Part shown: positions 1 to 8,620 of the stretch, piece by piece
How positions within the stretch are numbered: position 1 is the stretch's first letter
Layout of the letters: each line of letters opens with the position of its first letter
NCBI GenBank assembly: GCA_963703215.1
Contig: OY969800.1
Location: 3,151,297-3,215,296 of the forward strand
DNA from: an uncultured Bacteroidota bacterium
GTDB lineage: Bacteria > Bacteroidota > Ignavibacteria > Kryptoniales > JAKASW01
Reading direction: 5' to 3'
DNA: 64,000 nt
Position numbers and translations under genes: made by a program
Notes under the pieces: generated by a model
What the model saw: the letters and a program-made list of their open reading frames with translations, nothing else
Told to the model about the DNA's origin: nothing
The model's database searches: none

Positions 1-931
1 TTTTGACTGTTTCCCCGCGCTTTATCGTTGTACCATTACGCCGAACCATTTTGTGGTTTGCCGTCATCAAAAGCCAATCCCAAACTTCTCGCACACAAGG
101 GGAAGCGTGCGCGGCTTCGCTTTCCTGTATCTTGCGGGCTTTCAGATAATATCCGCCGGGAATTGGTGTCTGTTTGTTCGTGATTATCTCGGCGTGTTCA
201 TACTCTTTTGCTTGCTGTACCAGCTTGTTTAGTTCATCGGCGGTGTGTCTATGGCTAAACCAGTCGGTTACGTCCTCACCCTCGCTTAGTCCCGGCAGTT
301 CCACTATCTTGACGCTTGCAGCTTTGCCGAGCAACGATTCAGCAATAGCCGTCATGTGGTCTTTGCCCGGCTTGTCGTTGTCGGGGATTAGAACGCAATC
401 TCTTTTTTTTAGAAAGTCGGAGAATTCGGATTGCCATTTTGCTTTTGCGCCGAAAGGGTTAGTTGTTGCAACAAATCCACGTTCTGCCATGGTCTGACAG
501 TCTTTTTCGCCTTCGACAATGAAGACAGTACCAGCCGAAGCAAGCAGTTCGGGTAGGTGATAAGGAACGCGCTTTATGCCTTTAAGCCCTTTAGTCCATC
601 CGCCGTTGCCGTCCGGTCTCCATGCAACAAACTTTTTGTTTTCATGTCGTGTTATTTTAAAAACTGGTACTCGACTTTCGTTTTCGTAAATATATTCAGT
701 AACGAATCTTTCTAACTTTGTGGCATGTGTGCCATGTTGATTGTCGGCAATTATTCCTTTGACATTACAACCGAAACAATGGTAACATCCTTTCGTTTCG
801 TTAATCCACAGACTTGGATGTTTGTCGGGGTGGAATGGACACTTGCAATTATACTCTTTGCCTCGCTTGCAAGCCTCGACACGGATTATTTCACCTGTGG
901 ATTTGTCAAGTAAATTGAAAGCTCTTTTCAT
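1..931 (-). CDS. DNA primase, CHC2 zinc finger + TOPRIM (phage/plasmid type); C-terminus runs off the left window edge
   Basis: Absent from the ORF track because it is open to the window edge. Manual translation from the ATG at 931 gives MKRAFNLLDKSTGEIIRVEACKRGKEYNCKCPFHPDKHPSLWINETKGCYHCFGCNVKG (CHC2 finger: CPFHxDKxPS...CFGC). It continues ...VFIVEGEKDCQTMAERGF...VLIPDNDKPGKDH (TOPRIM E-G-x-x-D and D-x-D). No stop codon occurs down to base 2. The ATG overlaps the stop of the upstream ORF (ATGA at 928-931). Confidence 0.85.
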   Translation of the reverse strand, partial: MKRAFNLLDKSTGEIIRVEACKRGKEYNCKCPFHPDKHPSLWINETKGCYHCFGCNVKGIIADNQHGTHATKLERFVTEYIYENESRVPVFKITRHENKKFVAWRPDGNGGWTKGLKGIKRVPYHLPELLASAGTVFIVEGEKDCQTMAERGFVATTNPFGAKAKWQSEFSDFLKKRDCVLIPDNDKPGKDHMTAIAESLLGKAASVKIVELPGLSEGEDVTDWFSHRHTADELNKLVQQAKEYEHAEIITNKQTPIPGGYYLKARKIQESEAAHASPCVREVWDWLLMTANHKMVRRNGTTIKRGETVK

Positions 932-1266
932 GGCTTACCTTCATCTGCCTGCTCCATGATGGAAATTAAATCTCCGTCATTGCTGCAAGCCATAGCGTCC
1001 GTAAGAAGCTGGTACGCATCAATGAGGGAATCGGAAGCTGTTTCAAGATTTTCACCGACTTCACGGCGAAGGATCACCTCCGCTTCTGTCTTTACGTCGA
1101 TCTTGGCAAGCTCGGAGATAGTGCTTTCGACAGAGAGGATTTGAAGGCGAATGCCTTCGATAAGAAAGGGAATTCGTTCTACCATGGTATAACTCGCTTC
1201 TGGTAGAACAAACGAAGTTTGAAAAATCGGGATACCGCAATATAGCTGCCCCTGTGCCTGAGCCAT
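928..1266 (-). CDS. hypothetical protein (mobile-element gene, translationally coupled to the primase)
   Basis: 112-aa ORF in the track. It has a 4-nt ATGA overlap with the primase start. No recognisable motif, and the start codon is uncertain. Confidence 0.4.
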   Translation of the reverse strand: MAQAQGQLYCGIPIFQTSFVLPEASYTMVERIPFLIEGIRLQILSVESTISELAKIDVKTEAEVILRREVGENLETASDSLIDAYQLLTDAMACSNDGDLISIMEQADEGKP

Positions 1267-1341
1267 CCCGCAGCAAGAAGCAACAAAACTTGATTCCTGT
1301 GTCCACGTGAAGTAAATTCTTTCAACTTAATCACCATTTAC

Positions 1342-1368
1342 GCGCGTGTACCACCACGCGCTTTTTTT
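1342..1368 (+). terminator. rho-independent terminator-like hairpin on the plus strand
   Basis: gcgcgtg-taccac-cacgcgc (7-bp GC-rich stem) followed by T7 at 1362-1368. It is oriented opposite to the surrounding minus-strand genes. Confidence 0.4.
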
Positions 1369-1580
1369 ATTTCTAAAATTTGGAAAAGAAAAGCCCGCTG
1401 CGATTGAGACCGTTCGCGGAGTGGAAGGATTCAAGCGGGCTAAAACACTTTCATGTGAAACCCGCGAATGGTTTTGACTCAATCGCGGGAATAAATTGGC
1501 TTGGTAGGAAGAAACTTGGAAGGAAGTTTACTTCGGAAAAATCCGAAATTTACTTCGGATAAAGTGGTACAGTGATAACT

Positions 1581-2405
1581 CTATTTCTTAGGGGAGACAT
1601 TCCTTTTGTTATATTGCTTTTGGTAGCTCTCCCATCGGTCGGGGTTCATTTTGAAATCGTTAAGTGTTTGCTCGCAAGCCCATTGTGAACCCTTAGACAT
1701 AGGGAGATATTCATCCGTTTTCCTAAACATCTCCTCAGTGTACTTCTTGTTTGGCAGATACTTTCTTTCTTTTTTCATATCTGCGATTTTCTTCTCGAAT
1801 CTTTTTTTGCTCTTTACTTCGCTCTCGACGGGAATCAACATCAATTCGATTTTTCTTTGTACCACCTTCTTGACCTCTTGCATATTCAACTCGAGTAGGC
1901 TTTTGGTTTCACTTTCTTCAAGCACTTGCTCAAGCGTCTTGCCTCTACGCGATAGATGTAACAAGTCTCCATACGAAGAAGCCGGACGTTTCACGAATCT
2001 GTTCGGGTTGTATTTTATGCTGTCAAGAACATCCAAAAAGAAAAGAAGTCTAATATAATCGTTCCGTCTTGGCTTGTGCATCTTTAAGAATGCTGAGAAT
2101 TTTTGGTCAACATACTTGAATAATTTCCCTCTCTCGTCAACACTGTCCTTATAGGCTTTTAAGATTAGAGGAATGTTTCCGTGTTGTTTTATTGCCTCAT
2201 ATTCCATTGTTTCAACTTGCTTAATCAGCATGGCGCGGGAAACTGCTATGTAGAGAGAACGGTGCTCCACGTCCTTTTCGTTTTCTTTCATAGCCAAGTG
2301 AGTGATTCTGTCTGCAATGGTTTCATTTGGTAGCAATTCTCCGAGCAATTGTGTCAATGAAGATAGTTCTTCTTCTTGTGTGAGTTTGGTTTTTGATTGT
2401 TTCAT
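1581..2405 (-). CDS. hypothetical protein (Lys/Glu-rich, mobile-element gene)
   Basis: 274-aa ORF that is the longest in this region, with a clean start. No motif recognised. Confidence 0.5.
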   Translation of the reverse strand: MKQSKTKLTQEEELSSLTQLLGELLPNETIADRITHLAMKENEKDVEHRSLYIAVSRAMLIKQVETMEYEAIKQHGNIPLILKAYKDSVDERGKLFKYVDQKFSAFLKMHKPRRNDYIRLLFFLDVLDSIKYNPNRFVKRPASSYGDLLHLSRRGKTLEQVLEESETKSLLELNMQEVKKVVQRKIELMLIPVESEVKSKKRFEKKIADMKKERKYLPNKKYTEEMFRKTDEYLPMSKGSQWACEQTLNDFKMNPDRWESYQKQYNKRNVSPKK

Positions 2406-2460
2406 CGTTCACCTAAATTGAAAATGTTCCATGGTGTGTGTCGGGGATTCAATCTAAAAC

Positions 2461-3306
2461 TTATTCACCAGCTACTGGCTTAAAATCAAAATCCATTTTG
2501 CCATTCTGAGTGAAAACTTCAAGATGTAAAACACAATTGTTAAGGTCTAAGTCCTCAGTGTAATATCGAAAGTTCCTATATTCTGCGACTTTGGGCGGCT
2601 TGAAGTATATGTACCCTGTTACACTTTGGTTAGGAAAAACTGTGTTGCGTTTGAGGATTCCAACTACAATACTGTGTTTGTAAAGGTTGTAAGCCACGGA
2701 TGTTGTCGCAACTTGGGCATTCGTCTCGTTGATAACTTCTTTCCTTTTTTCTTCCGTGTCGTTGACCTGCCATTTCTCGCCTGTCTCAGTGTTTGTGATG
2801 GTAGTCGGCTTTTGTCCCACCGCTTCCGCAACGCCGCCAATCGCTTGCAGTATCGTGGCTACCGTCTTTTGATTGTCTATTGAGGCAAATATCTCAAAGG
2901 GCGGAGTCGGTTCAAAATTAAGTGTGTCGGAAACTTTTACTATTTGTGTTTGTCGTTCTACATGTGCGATACCTCCCACTATTTCGAGAGTGTCAGCTAC
3001 CATTTCGACTGTATCATGGTTTACGGTTGTTGTTATTCGGGCGGCTTTCATCGGATCGAGAAAGAAAGGAGTTTTAGAGGAATTATTATAGAGCAACCAA
3101 AGACGCATGTAATCATCACCTGCTACTCGTGCATACTCGAGTTCAGCGACAACGCGGCAGCTATCTTTCCCGACCGTGCCGAGGGCATATCCGTTTTGAT
3201 AAAAGGAAAAAACCGAATTCGTCATGGTTGGTTCATACACGACTGGAGGAACACTTGCAGCACAACCAGCGAGTATTAAGCAAGATGAAATTAGAAACAG
3301 GAACAA
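2461..3306 (-). CDS. putative lipoprotein, unknown function
   Basis: 281-aa ORF. The N-terminus MFLFLISSCLILAGC is a signal peptide with a lipobox (LAGC). Confidence 0.6.
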   Translation of the reverse strand: MFLFLISSCLILAGCAASVPPVVYEPTMTNSVFSFYQNGYALGTVGKDSCRVVAELEYARVAGDDYMRLWLLYNNSSKTPFFLDPMKAARITTTVNHDTVEMVADTLEIVGGIAHVERQTQIVKVSDTLNFEPTPPFEIFASIDNQKTVATILQAIGGVAEAVGQKPTTITNTETGEKWQVNDTEEKRKEVINETNAQVATTSVAYNLYKHSIVVGILKRNTVFPNQSVTGYIYFKPPKVAEYRNFRYYTEDLDLNNCVLHLEVFTQNGKMDFDFKPVAGE

Positions 3307-3446
3307 TTTTTTCAGTTGAGTTTCTCCCTAAATAAAAAATCCCCTATCGTTTGCGATCCGTGCTGTCGGACTTCTCCGCCTACGACGGAGAAACGATAGG
3401 GGTTTGAAATTTTTCTCAGCATCATTGACAAGTTTTTCTTCTTTAT

Positions 3447-3719
3447 TTACATGAATAAGTCTGCATGTGTACCAGTACGTAAGAAATGGATTGAGTTTCC
3501 GACGACGCGGTATATTATCAACCAGTCCGGCTGAACGTGGCATTCTCTGCAATCTTCATATTTACCATGGAGCTTGTGGTCTCTATGGTTGGCTTCTAAC
3601 GGCTTTCCTTCTAAGAGAATAGCAATTACTTTTCTCATGGTCTCAATATCCTTGCCTCTCTTTTCGGTAAGCCGAACGTCTTTTTGAAACCGCGTTGTCC
3701 ATACCGGAACGAACGTCAA
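3447..3719 (-). CDS. yafQ: type II toxin-antitoxin system toxin, RelE/YafQ family
   Basis: 90 aa. The pattern ...FQKDVRLTEKRGKDI...HRDHKLHGKYEDCRECHVQPDWLIIYRV...LRTGTHADLF matches the YafQ mRNA-interferase signature. It has a 4-nt overlap with the upstream antitoxin gene. Confidence 0.85.
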   Translation of the reverse strand: MTFVPVWTTRFQKDVRLTEKRGKDIETMRKVIAILLEGKPLEANHRDHKLHGKYEDCRECHVQPDWLIIYRVVGNSIHFLRTGTHADLFM

Positions 3720-3976
3720 ATGCCGAGTTCCTTAAACATCTCGGCAGCATTTTTCGCTTTGCGAAGATTTCTTCCTTTCCGGCTGTCCTCAATTGCTTTG
3801 CGCGTCTCTTCATTCGGAATCCTCACGTCAAATGGAATCCCTTTTGTAAGTTTTATTTGTTTGAAGAAAACGCTTATTGCGTATGTCGTATTCATTCCAA
3901 GTGTACGGAGTATCTTCTCAACTTCATTTTTCAGTTCAGGCTCGATTCGTGCCTGTATCATTGCCGTCTTTGCCAT
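3716..3976 (-). CDS. dinJ: type II antitoxin, RelB/DinJ family
   Basis: The C-terminal 86 aa of the 140-aa track ORF read MAKTAMIQARIEPELKNEVEKILRTLGMNTTYAISVFFKQIKLTKGIPFDV..., which is DinJ-like. The internal ATG at 3976 is preceded by AAGGAAGGAA. The N-terminal extension in the track does not look like protein. Confidence 0.8.
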   Translation of the reverse strand: MAKTAMIQARIEPELKNEVEKILRTLGMNTTYAISVFFKQIKLTKGIPFDVRIPNEETRKAIEDSRKGRNLRKAKNAAEMFKELGI

Positions 3977-4366
3977 AACGTTCCTTCCTTTCTTGTAACG
4001 GAACAATGTAATGCAATCGTAAGACTGATTCAATTCCATTCCCGAAGGGACAGGGAGGGGGAAAATATATCCGTCTTGAGTTCGTTCATTGTCGCGCATT
4101 TTTGACGGCGCAGAAACGGTTTTAAACTTGTTCGTCATCGGTAATTTTCACCTCTCGCAACACCTCATTTTGCCGTCCCCAAAGAGACGAAAGCCGGCAA
4201 GAAAGTAACTCACTGTAAATCAAACACTTATAAAATATGCATATTTAGAAACGTAAGTCTTTGTAAATCAATAACTTAGGGTTTAAAAGTGGTGTTAAAA
4301 GGGGGTGTTTTTGACACTTAAATGGCATTAATAGGCACTTTTTGCTCACTTTTTACCCCAAATGGC

Positions 4367-5416
4367 TTAGTTTGTCGGCTCCATAAGTTTGCTCACGGAC
4401 TCTCTGAGATCGTCCGGCTGCAAGTGCGAATATATCGCCGTTACGTTTACGCTCGAATGTCCGAGCAGCTTGGACACTTGGTAAATCGAAACGCCTCTTT
4501 GCACGAGCCATGATGCGAAGGTATGCCGTAAGCTGTGAAAACTCAGCTTCGGATTCAGCTTTGCCCTAACAACGTATCTCTTGAAAATCTTTGTGATCGA
4601 ATCCTGCGTTATCGGCTTGTGGTTCAACGTGAAAACAAACTCCGTCTCAGCGATCTCTTTCCTTCTCGTTAAAATTTCTTGTGCCTTTTTATTAAGTGGT
4701 ACAGTACGGACGCGCTTCGATTTCGTTAGGTGTACCCTGTTATCAAGGATCACAATTCCATCGGCAAGGTTGACTTGATTCCATTCGAGTGTCAAAAGTT
4801 CCATTTGCCTTAGTCCTGTGTTGCCTGCGAATTCTACCAAGTCCCGTATGTCTGCCTTGTCAATCGTTGTCAAAAGGACGTGGAACTCTTCAGGAGTGAG
4901 GAAAAGAGGGAGCTTTTCAGGTATTCTGATTTTGCCGATGCCATGACACGGATTTTCTTTTAGCTGTTTGTCTCTCACAGCTTTGTTGAACGCCGAAGAA
5001 AGGTTGATATAGTCCCTTCTTGCGGCATAAACTGAAGCCTCTTTGATTCGCTTGGTGAAGAACCGCTCAAGTTCCTGTGTGGTTATCTCCGTTATCCTCA
5101 CATTGCCGAAATGCCGTTCCAGCATTCCGAACGTTACCATGAAGGCTTTTCTGGTTTTGACCGTGTGAATGCCTTCGGAATATTTCAGGAATTGGTCGGT
5201 AAATTCTTTAAGCGAGATCGGAACTGTTTCTTGTTCCTGTCGCTGTCTCAGTTCATCGTTGAAGTTGCGAAGGAATGCTAAGGCTTCTTGTTTGAATTTC
5301 TTTCCGGTTGAGATGCGTTTTTCTTTGCCTCCGTCATCGTAAACGAGATAATAGATTCCGTTACTTCGCTTGAATAAGAACATGATGCCTCCGGTGGTTT
5401 GAGTTGAGGCATTCAT
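4367..5416 (-). CDS. tyrosine recombinase / phage-type integrase
   Basis: 349 aa. The C-terminal catalytic region reads ...GLRQMELLTLEWNQV...HSLRHTFASWLVQRGVSIYQVSKLLGHSSVNVTAIYSHL (R, H-x-x-R, H/Y motifs). It lies 122 nt from the 3' end of tRNA-Ser. Confidence 0.9.
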   Translation of the reverse strand: MNASTQTTGGIMFLFKRSNGIYYLVYDDGGKEKRISTGKKFKQEALAFLRNFNDELRQRQEQETVPISLKEFTDQFLKYSEGIHTVKTRKAFMVTFGMLERHFGNVRITEITTQELERFFTKRIKEASVYAARRDYINLSSAFNKAVRDKQLKENPCHGIGKIRIPEKLPLFLTPEEFHVLLTTIDKADIRDLVEFAGNTGLRQMELLTLEWNQVNLADGIVILDNRVHLTKSKRVRTVPLNKKAQEILTRRKEIAETEFVFTLNHKPITQDSITKIFKRYVVRAKLNPKLSFHSLRHTFASWLVQRGVSIYQVSKLLGHSSVNVTAIYSHLQPDDLRESVSKLMEPTN

Positions 5417-5538
5417 TCGGGTGTTTACTTCGTGGTACAGTTAGGTGATAAGTCAAGTGATAAGTGAAATGCAGAATATTTTGAGGGGATGAAAATCTTG
5501 CGTATTCTGCGGGAAGGAAAACCTTTGAAATTCGCTTG

Positions 5539-5628
5539 CGGAGAGGGAGGGATTCGAACCCTCGATACCCCTTTACAGAGTATGACGGTTTAGCAAACCG
5601 TTGCCTTCAACCACTCGGCCACCTCTCC
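5539..5628 (-). tRNA. tRNA-Ser (anticodon GCT)
   Basis: The reverse complement reads GGAGAGGTGGCCGAGTGGTTGAAGGCAACGGTTTGCTAAACCGTCATACTCTGTAAAGGGGTATCGAGGGTTCGAATCCCTCCCTCTCCG. It has a 7-bp acceptor stem, anticodon stem ACGGT/ACCGT, loop TTGCTAA, a long variable arm and T-loop GGTTCGAATCC. CCA is not encoded. Confidence 0.92.
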
Positions 5629-6038
5629 AGTTGAATTCTTCTCACTTTCGCTCTTTTCTTTTTCGGTACGAACAGCGAAAGTACAACTCTTGGCTTTCAT
5701 GGTGCGAACTGATTGCCGCATTTGGTACTAACCATGATGCCAACTGATTTCATTCTCATTTCAAAAAGAACGATTGCTGGGATAAATTACAAAAGAAGTT
5801 TGCTTGATGCAATTGTAGATGAAGGTGATTATGCCTTTCACAAACCATTGGACCCGCGAATTACACTAATTATTCATTTCGCGAAAATTTGCACCAATTT
5901 AAATTTCAATTCTTAAAATTGATGGCGACATATCTCCTGCTTTGTCAAATGCTTAATCAACAAGATAAGTCAGACCCCCTTTTTCCTAAAAAGCTGAATA
6001 CACTCTCAAGCTTAGACAATGAAGATCAAACAGCTAAG

Positions 6039-8126
6039 CTATTTGAGCAGAACCATCTTTTTCGTTGAAACAAATCTTTCTCCATCTGACGCCATGGCAT
6101 TAATGCGATAGAGGTAAACTCCGCTTGAGTACCGTGACATATCCACAGTCTGGCTGTGGCTGCCCATGGTCACGTGTCCCAAATCGATCTCCTGAATTCT
6201 CTGTCCAAGAATATCGAGGACATCGAGCTTGACCGCAGAGTTTTCCTTCAAGTCATACCTGATTGTAGTGGTCGGGTTGAATGGATTAGGGTAATTTTGT
6301 TTCAGCGAAAAACTATTTGGTAATCCTGTCCCTGGCGGTTCGTGCACTATTGTCATGTCCGACAGCGGCCGTTGCCATACCCCGCCACCGTAGGTTCCTG
6401 CAAAAATAACTTTCCCGCTGATGGCAAGAGCATAAACACCTGCAGAGTAGGTCAAGCCGTCATTGACTGCTGTCCAGCTTGTGCCGCTATTGATCGAAAG
6501 AAAAACGCCGCCGCCTGTAACTACAAAAATATTGTTATTGCTGACGGCAAAGGCGCTGACATAATAGTCAGTCAAGCCGGAATTGACTGCTGTCCAGCTT
6601 GTGCCGCTGTTAGTCGAAAGAAAAACACCGGCGTTGGTTCCTGCAAGAACATTGTTACTGCTGACAGCAAAAACATAAACATAGCCATTGGTCAAGCCGG
6701 AGTTGACTGCTGCCCAGCTCGTGCCGCTGTTAGTCGAAAGAAAAATACCACCACCATCAGTTCCCGCAAAAATTTTACTGCCGCTGACGGCAAAAGCATT
6801 AATAAAGCCGGAGCCCAATCCGGAATCGACTTCTGTCCAGTTTGTGCCGCTGTTAGTCGAGAGAAAAATGCCGCCCCCATAAGTTCCTGCAAAAATATTG
6901 TTCCCGCTCACGGCAAGAGCAGTAACATCGCCGAAAGTCAAGCCCTTATTGACTACTGTCCAGCTTGTGCCGCTGTTAGTCGAAACAAAAACGCCGCCAT
7001 AAGTTCCTGCAAAAATATTACTGCCGCTGATTGCAAGAGCACTAACGCCGGTAGAGTAGGTCAAGCCTGAATCGATCTCTGTCCAGCCTGTACCGCTGTT
7101 GGTCGAAAGAAAAACGCCGCCGCTAGTTATAGCGAGAATATTACTGTTGCTGGCAGCAAAAGCGTAGACATAGCTGTTTGCCAAACCATAATTCATTGTT
7201 GTCCAGCTTATGCCGCTATCGATCGAAAGAAAAACACCACCATTAGTTCCTGCAAAAATATTACTGCCGCTAACGGCAAAAGCAACAACATCACTAAAGG
7301 TCAAGCCGGAATTAACTGCAGCCCAGCTTGTGCCGCTGTTAGTCGAAAGAAAAATACCGCCGCCATAAGTTCCTGCAAAAATATTACTGCCGCTGACGCC
7401 GAGAGAAAGAACGTAGCTGTAGCTCAAGCCGTTATTCACAGCTGTCCAGCTTGTGCCACTATTGGTCGAAAGGAAAACGCCACCGCCATAAGTCCCTGCA
7501 ATAACATTACTCCCGCTGACGGCAAAAGCAGTAACATCGCTATTGGTCAAGCCGGAATCCACTGCTGTCCAGCTTGTGCCACTATTGGTCGAAAGAAATA
7601 TGCCCCCGCCATAGGTTCCCGCAAAAATATTACTGCCACTTACGGAAAGAGCCTTAACATCGCTGTTGGTCAAGCCGGAACTGACTGATGTCCAGCTTGT
7701 GCCGTTATTGGTCGAAAGAAAAACGCCGTGTCCAGTTCCCGCAAAAATATTGCCGTTGCTGACGGCAAAAGCATTAACATAGCTGTTGGCCAATCCTGAA
7801 TTGACTGCTGTCCAGCCTGCGCCGCCGTTGGTCGAAATGAAAATACCGCCGCCATAAGTTCCTGCAAAAATACTGCTGCCGCTGACGGCAAGAGCATAAA
7901 CATAGCCGTTGGCCAAGCCGGAATCGACTGCTGTCCAGGTTGTGCCGCTGTTAGTCGAAAGAAAAACGCCGCCGCCTTCAGTTCCTGCAAAAACATTGCT
8001 GCCGTTGACGGCAAGGCAAATAACAAGACCGGGGGGCCCACTCGTTTGCACCCATTGTGCTTGGGATTCATTCCCTGAAGCAGCGATAACACAAAGCAAA
8101 ATCATTATGGAATGAAGATTTCTCAT
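6039..8126 (-). CDS. T9SS-sorted secreted protein with about 13 BNR/Asp-box-like beta-propeller repeats
   Basis: There are thirteen units of about 46 aa of the form GGG(V/I)FLSTNSGTSWTAVNSGLTNSDVxAFAVSGSNIFAGTY (S-x-N-S-G-T-S-W resembles the BNR S-x-D-x-G-x-T-W motif). The C-terminus ...NYPNPFNPTTTIRYDLKE...GVYLYRI...KKMVLLK is a type A T9SS sorting domain. I prefer the start at ATG 8126 (MRNLHSIMILLCVIAASGNESQAQ signal peptide, AGGAAG upstream). The track start at 8294 is probably an over-extension. Confidence 0.8.
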   Translation of the reverse strand: MRNLHSIMILLCVIAASGNESQAQWVQTSGPPGLVICLAVNGSNVFAGTEGGGVFLSTNSGTTWTAVDSGLANGYVYALAVSGSSIFAGTYGGGIFISTNGGAGWTAVNSGLANSYVNAFAVSNGNIFAGTGHGVFLSTNNGTSWTSVSSGLTNSDVKALSVSGSNIFAGTYGGGIFLSTNSGTSWTAVDSGLTNSDVTAFAVSGSNVIAGTYGGGVFLSTNSGTSWTAVNNGLSYSYVLSLGVSGSNIFAGTYGGGIFLSTNSGTSWAAVNSGLTFSDVVAFAVSGSNIFAGTNGGVFLSIDSGISWTTMNYGLANSYVYAFAASNSNILAITSGGVFLSTNSGTGWTEIDSGLTYSTGVSALAISGSNIFAGTYGGVFVSTNSGTSWTVVNKGLTFGDVTALAVSGNNIFAGTYGGGIFLSTNSGTNWTEVDSGLGSGFINAFAVSGSKIFAGTDGGGIFLSTNSGTSWAAVNSGLTNGYVYVFAVSSNNVLAGTNAGVFLSTNSGTSWTAVNSGLTDYYVSAFAVSNNNIFVVTGGGVFLSINSGTSWTAVNDGLTYSAGVYALAISGKVIFAGTYGGGVWQRPLSDMTIVHEPPGTGLPNSFSLKQNYPNPFNPTTTIRYDLKENSAVKLDVLDILGQRIQEIDLGHVTMGSHSQTVDMSRYSSGVYLYRINAMASDGERFVSTKKMVLLK
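6400..8000. repeat. intragenic tandem DNA repeats (about 135-141 nt period) within the BNR-like gene
   Basis: Strings such as gtccagcttgtgccgctgttagtcgaaagaaaaa recur along the gene with few substitutions. This also generates long spurious ORFs in other frames. Confidence 0.8.
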
Positions 8127-8551
8127 CGCATTGTTCTTCCTGATTTTAAATAATTTCATAGACAGAAGTCCTTTGGACAATACGATCAATAGAACACAAA
8201 ACCGTGAAACATCGTTCAATTGCAATCGGATCCCAAACGGACCGAACGCCCTTTTTGTCCTCAAATTCGCACCCTCCCAGTGCTCGTTTCGCACCCGCCC
8301 CTAATCGGCTGAGAAGAACCTAAACCTTTGCATCATGGAACGGGGTCACTTCAGTTCGTCCCCGTGTTCTCCTACGATCCCCGTCCATTTTCGTCTTTGA
8401 AAGACAAGTGGTAGATGCCACGACATTTAGACAGGAACATATTTCACCTCGCAACAAATGAGACGAGAATCAGAATCGGAGTGCCGCACTTGGTGCCACA
8501 TAGCTCGGAAGGATTGACTTTGCAGAGGTTTTTCACGGCATGTAGGGAATT

Positions 8552-8589
8552 ATCAAACCGTTGCCTTCGACAACTCGACCGCCTCTCCA
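8552..8589 (-). pseudogene. 5'-half fragment of a tRNA-Ser gene (acceptor 5' strand through anticodon loop)
   Basis: Hand alignment of 8552-8589 to 5591-5628 gives 33/38 identical positions in the same orientation. The similarity stops in the anticodon loop (GCT becomes GAT). No T-arm or 3' acceptor strand follows. Confidence 0.6.
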
Positions 8590-8620
8590 AATCGTCATCG
8601 TTTTCGAAAACTATACCTAA

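Larger units (their letters stand above)
1..5538. mobile_element. integrative element (prophage or satellite-like island), integrase-proximal end, inserted at the 3' end of tRNA-Ser(GCT); extends beyond the left edge
   Basis: The integrase is adjacent to the tRNA 3' end. All genes are co-oriented: primase, unknown ORFs, lipoprotein, TA pair. The second att site is not in the window. Confidence 0.7.

Noticed and set aside
3977-4138. The long (140-aa) form of the DinJ antitoxin ORF.
   Set aside because: DinJ/RelB antitoxins are about 85-90 aa. The internal ATG at 3976 has a strong AAGGAAGG ribosome-binding site, and the upstream 54 codons have no family resemblance.
4367-5416. The tyrosine recombinase considered as the integron integrase (IntI) for the cassette-like array.
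   Set aside because: It lies 23 kb away, directly beside a tRNA 3' end, and inside a primase- and TA-containing element. By eye I see no IntI-specific insertion. It is a tRNA-targeting phage-type integrase.
6342-8115. Several long ORFs in the track overlap the BNR-like gene in other frames or on the other strand (6342..7070+, 6688..6882+, 6692..6892-, 7670..8092-, 7909..8115+).
   Set aside because: They are artefacts of the repetitive, stop-poor sequence. Their translations are low-complexity (A/P/C/S-rich). The minus-strand 751-aa frame has a signal peptide, coherent repeats and a T9SS tail.
8127-8294. N-terminal extension of the BNR-like ORF back to the ATG at 8294.
   Set aside because: The extension (MRNEHWEGANLRTKRAFGPFGIRLQ...) precedes a textbook signal peptide that starts at Met 8126 with an AGGAAG upstream. 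The longer form would bury the signal peptide.
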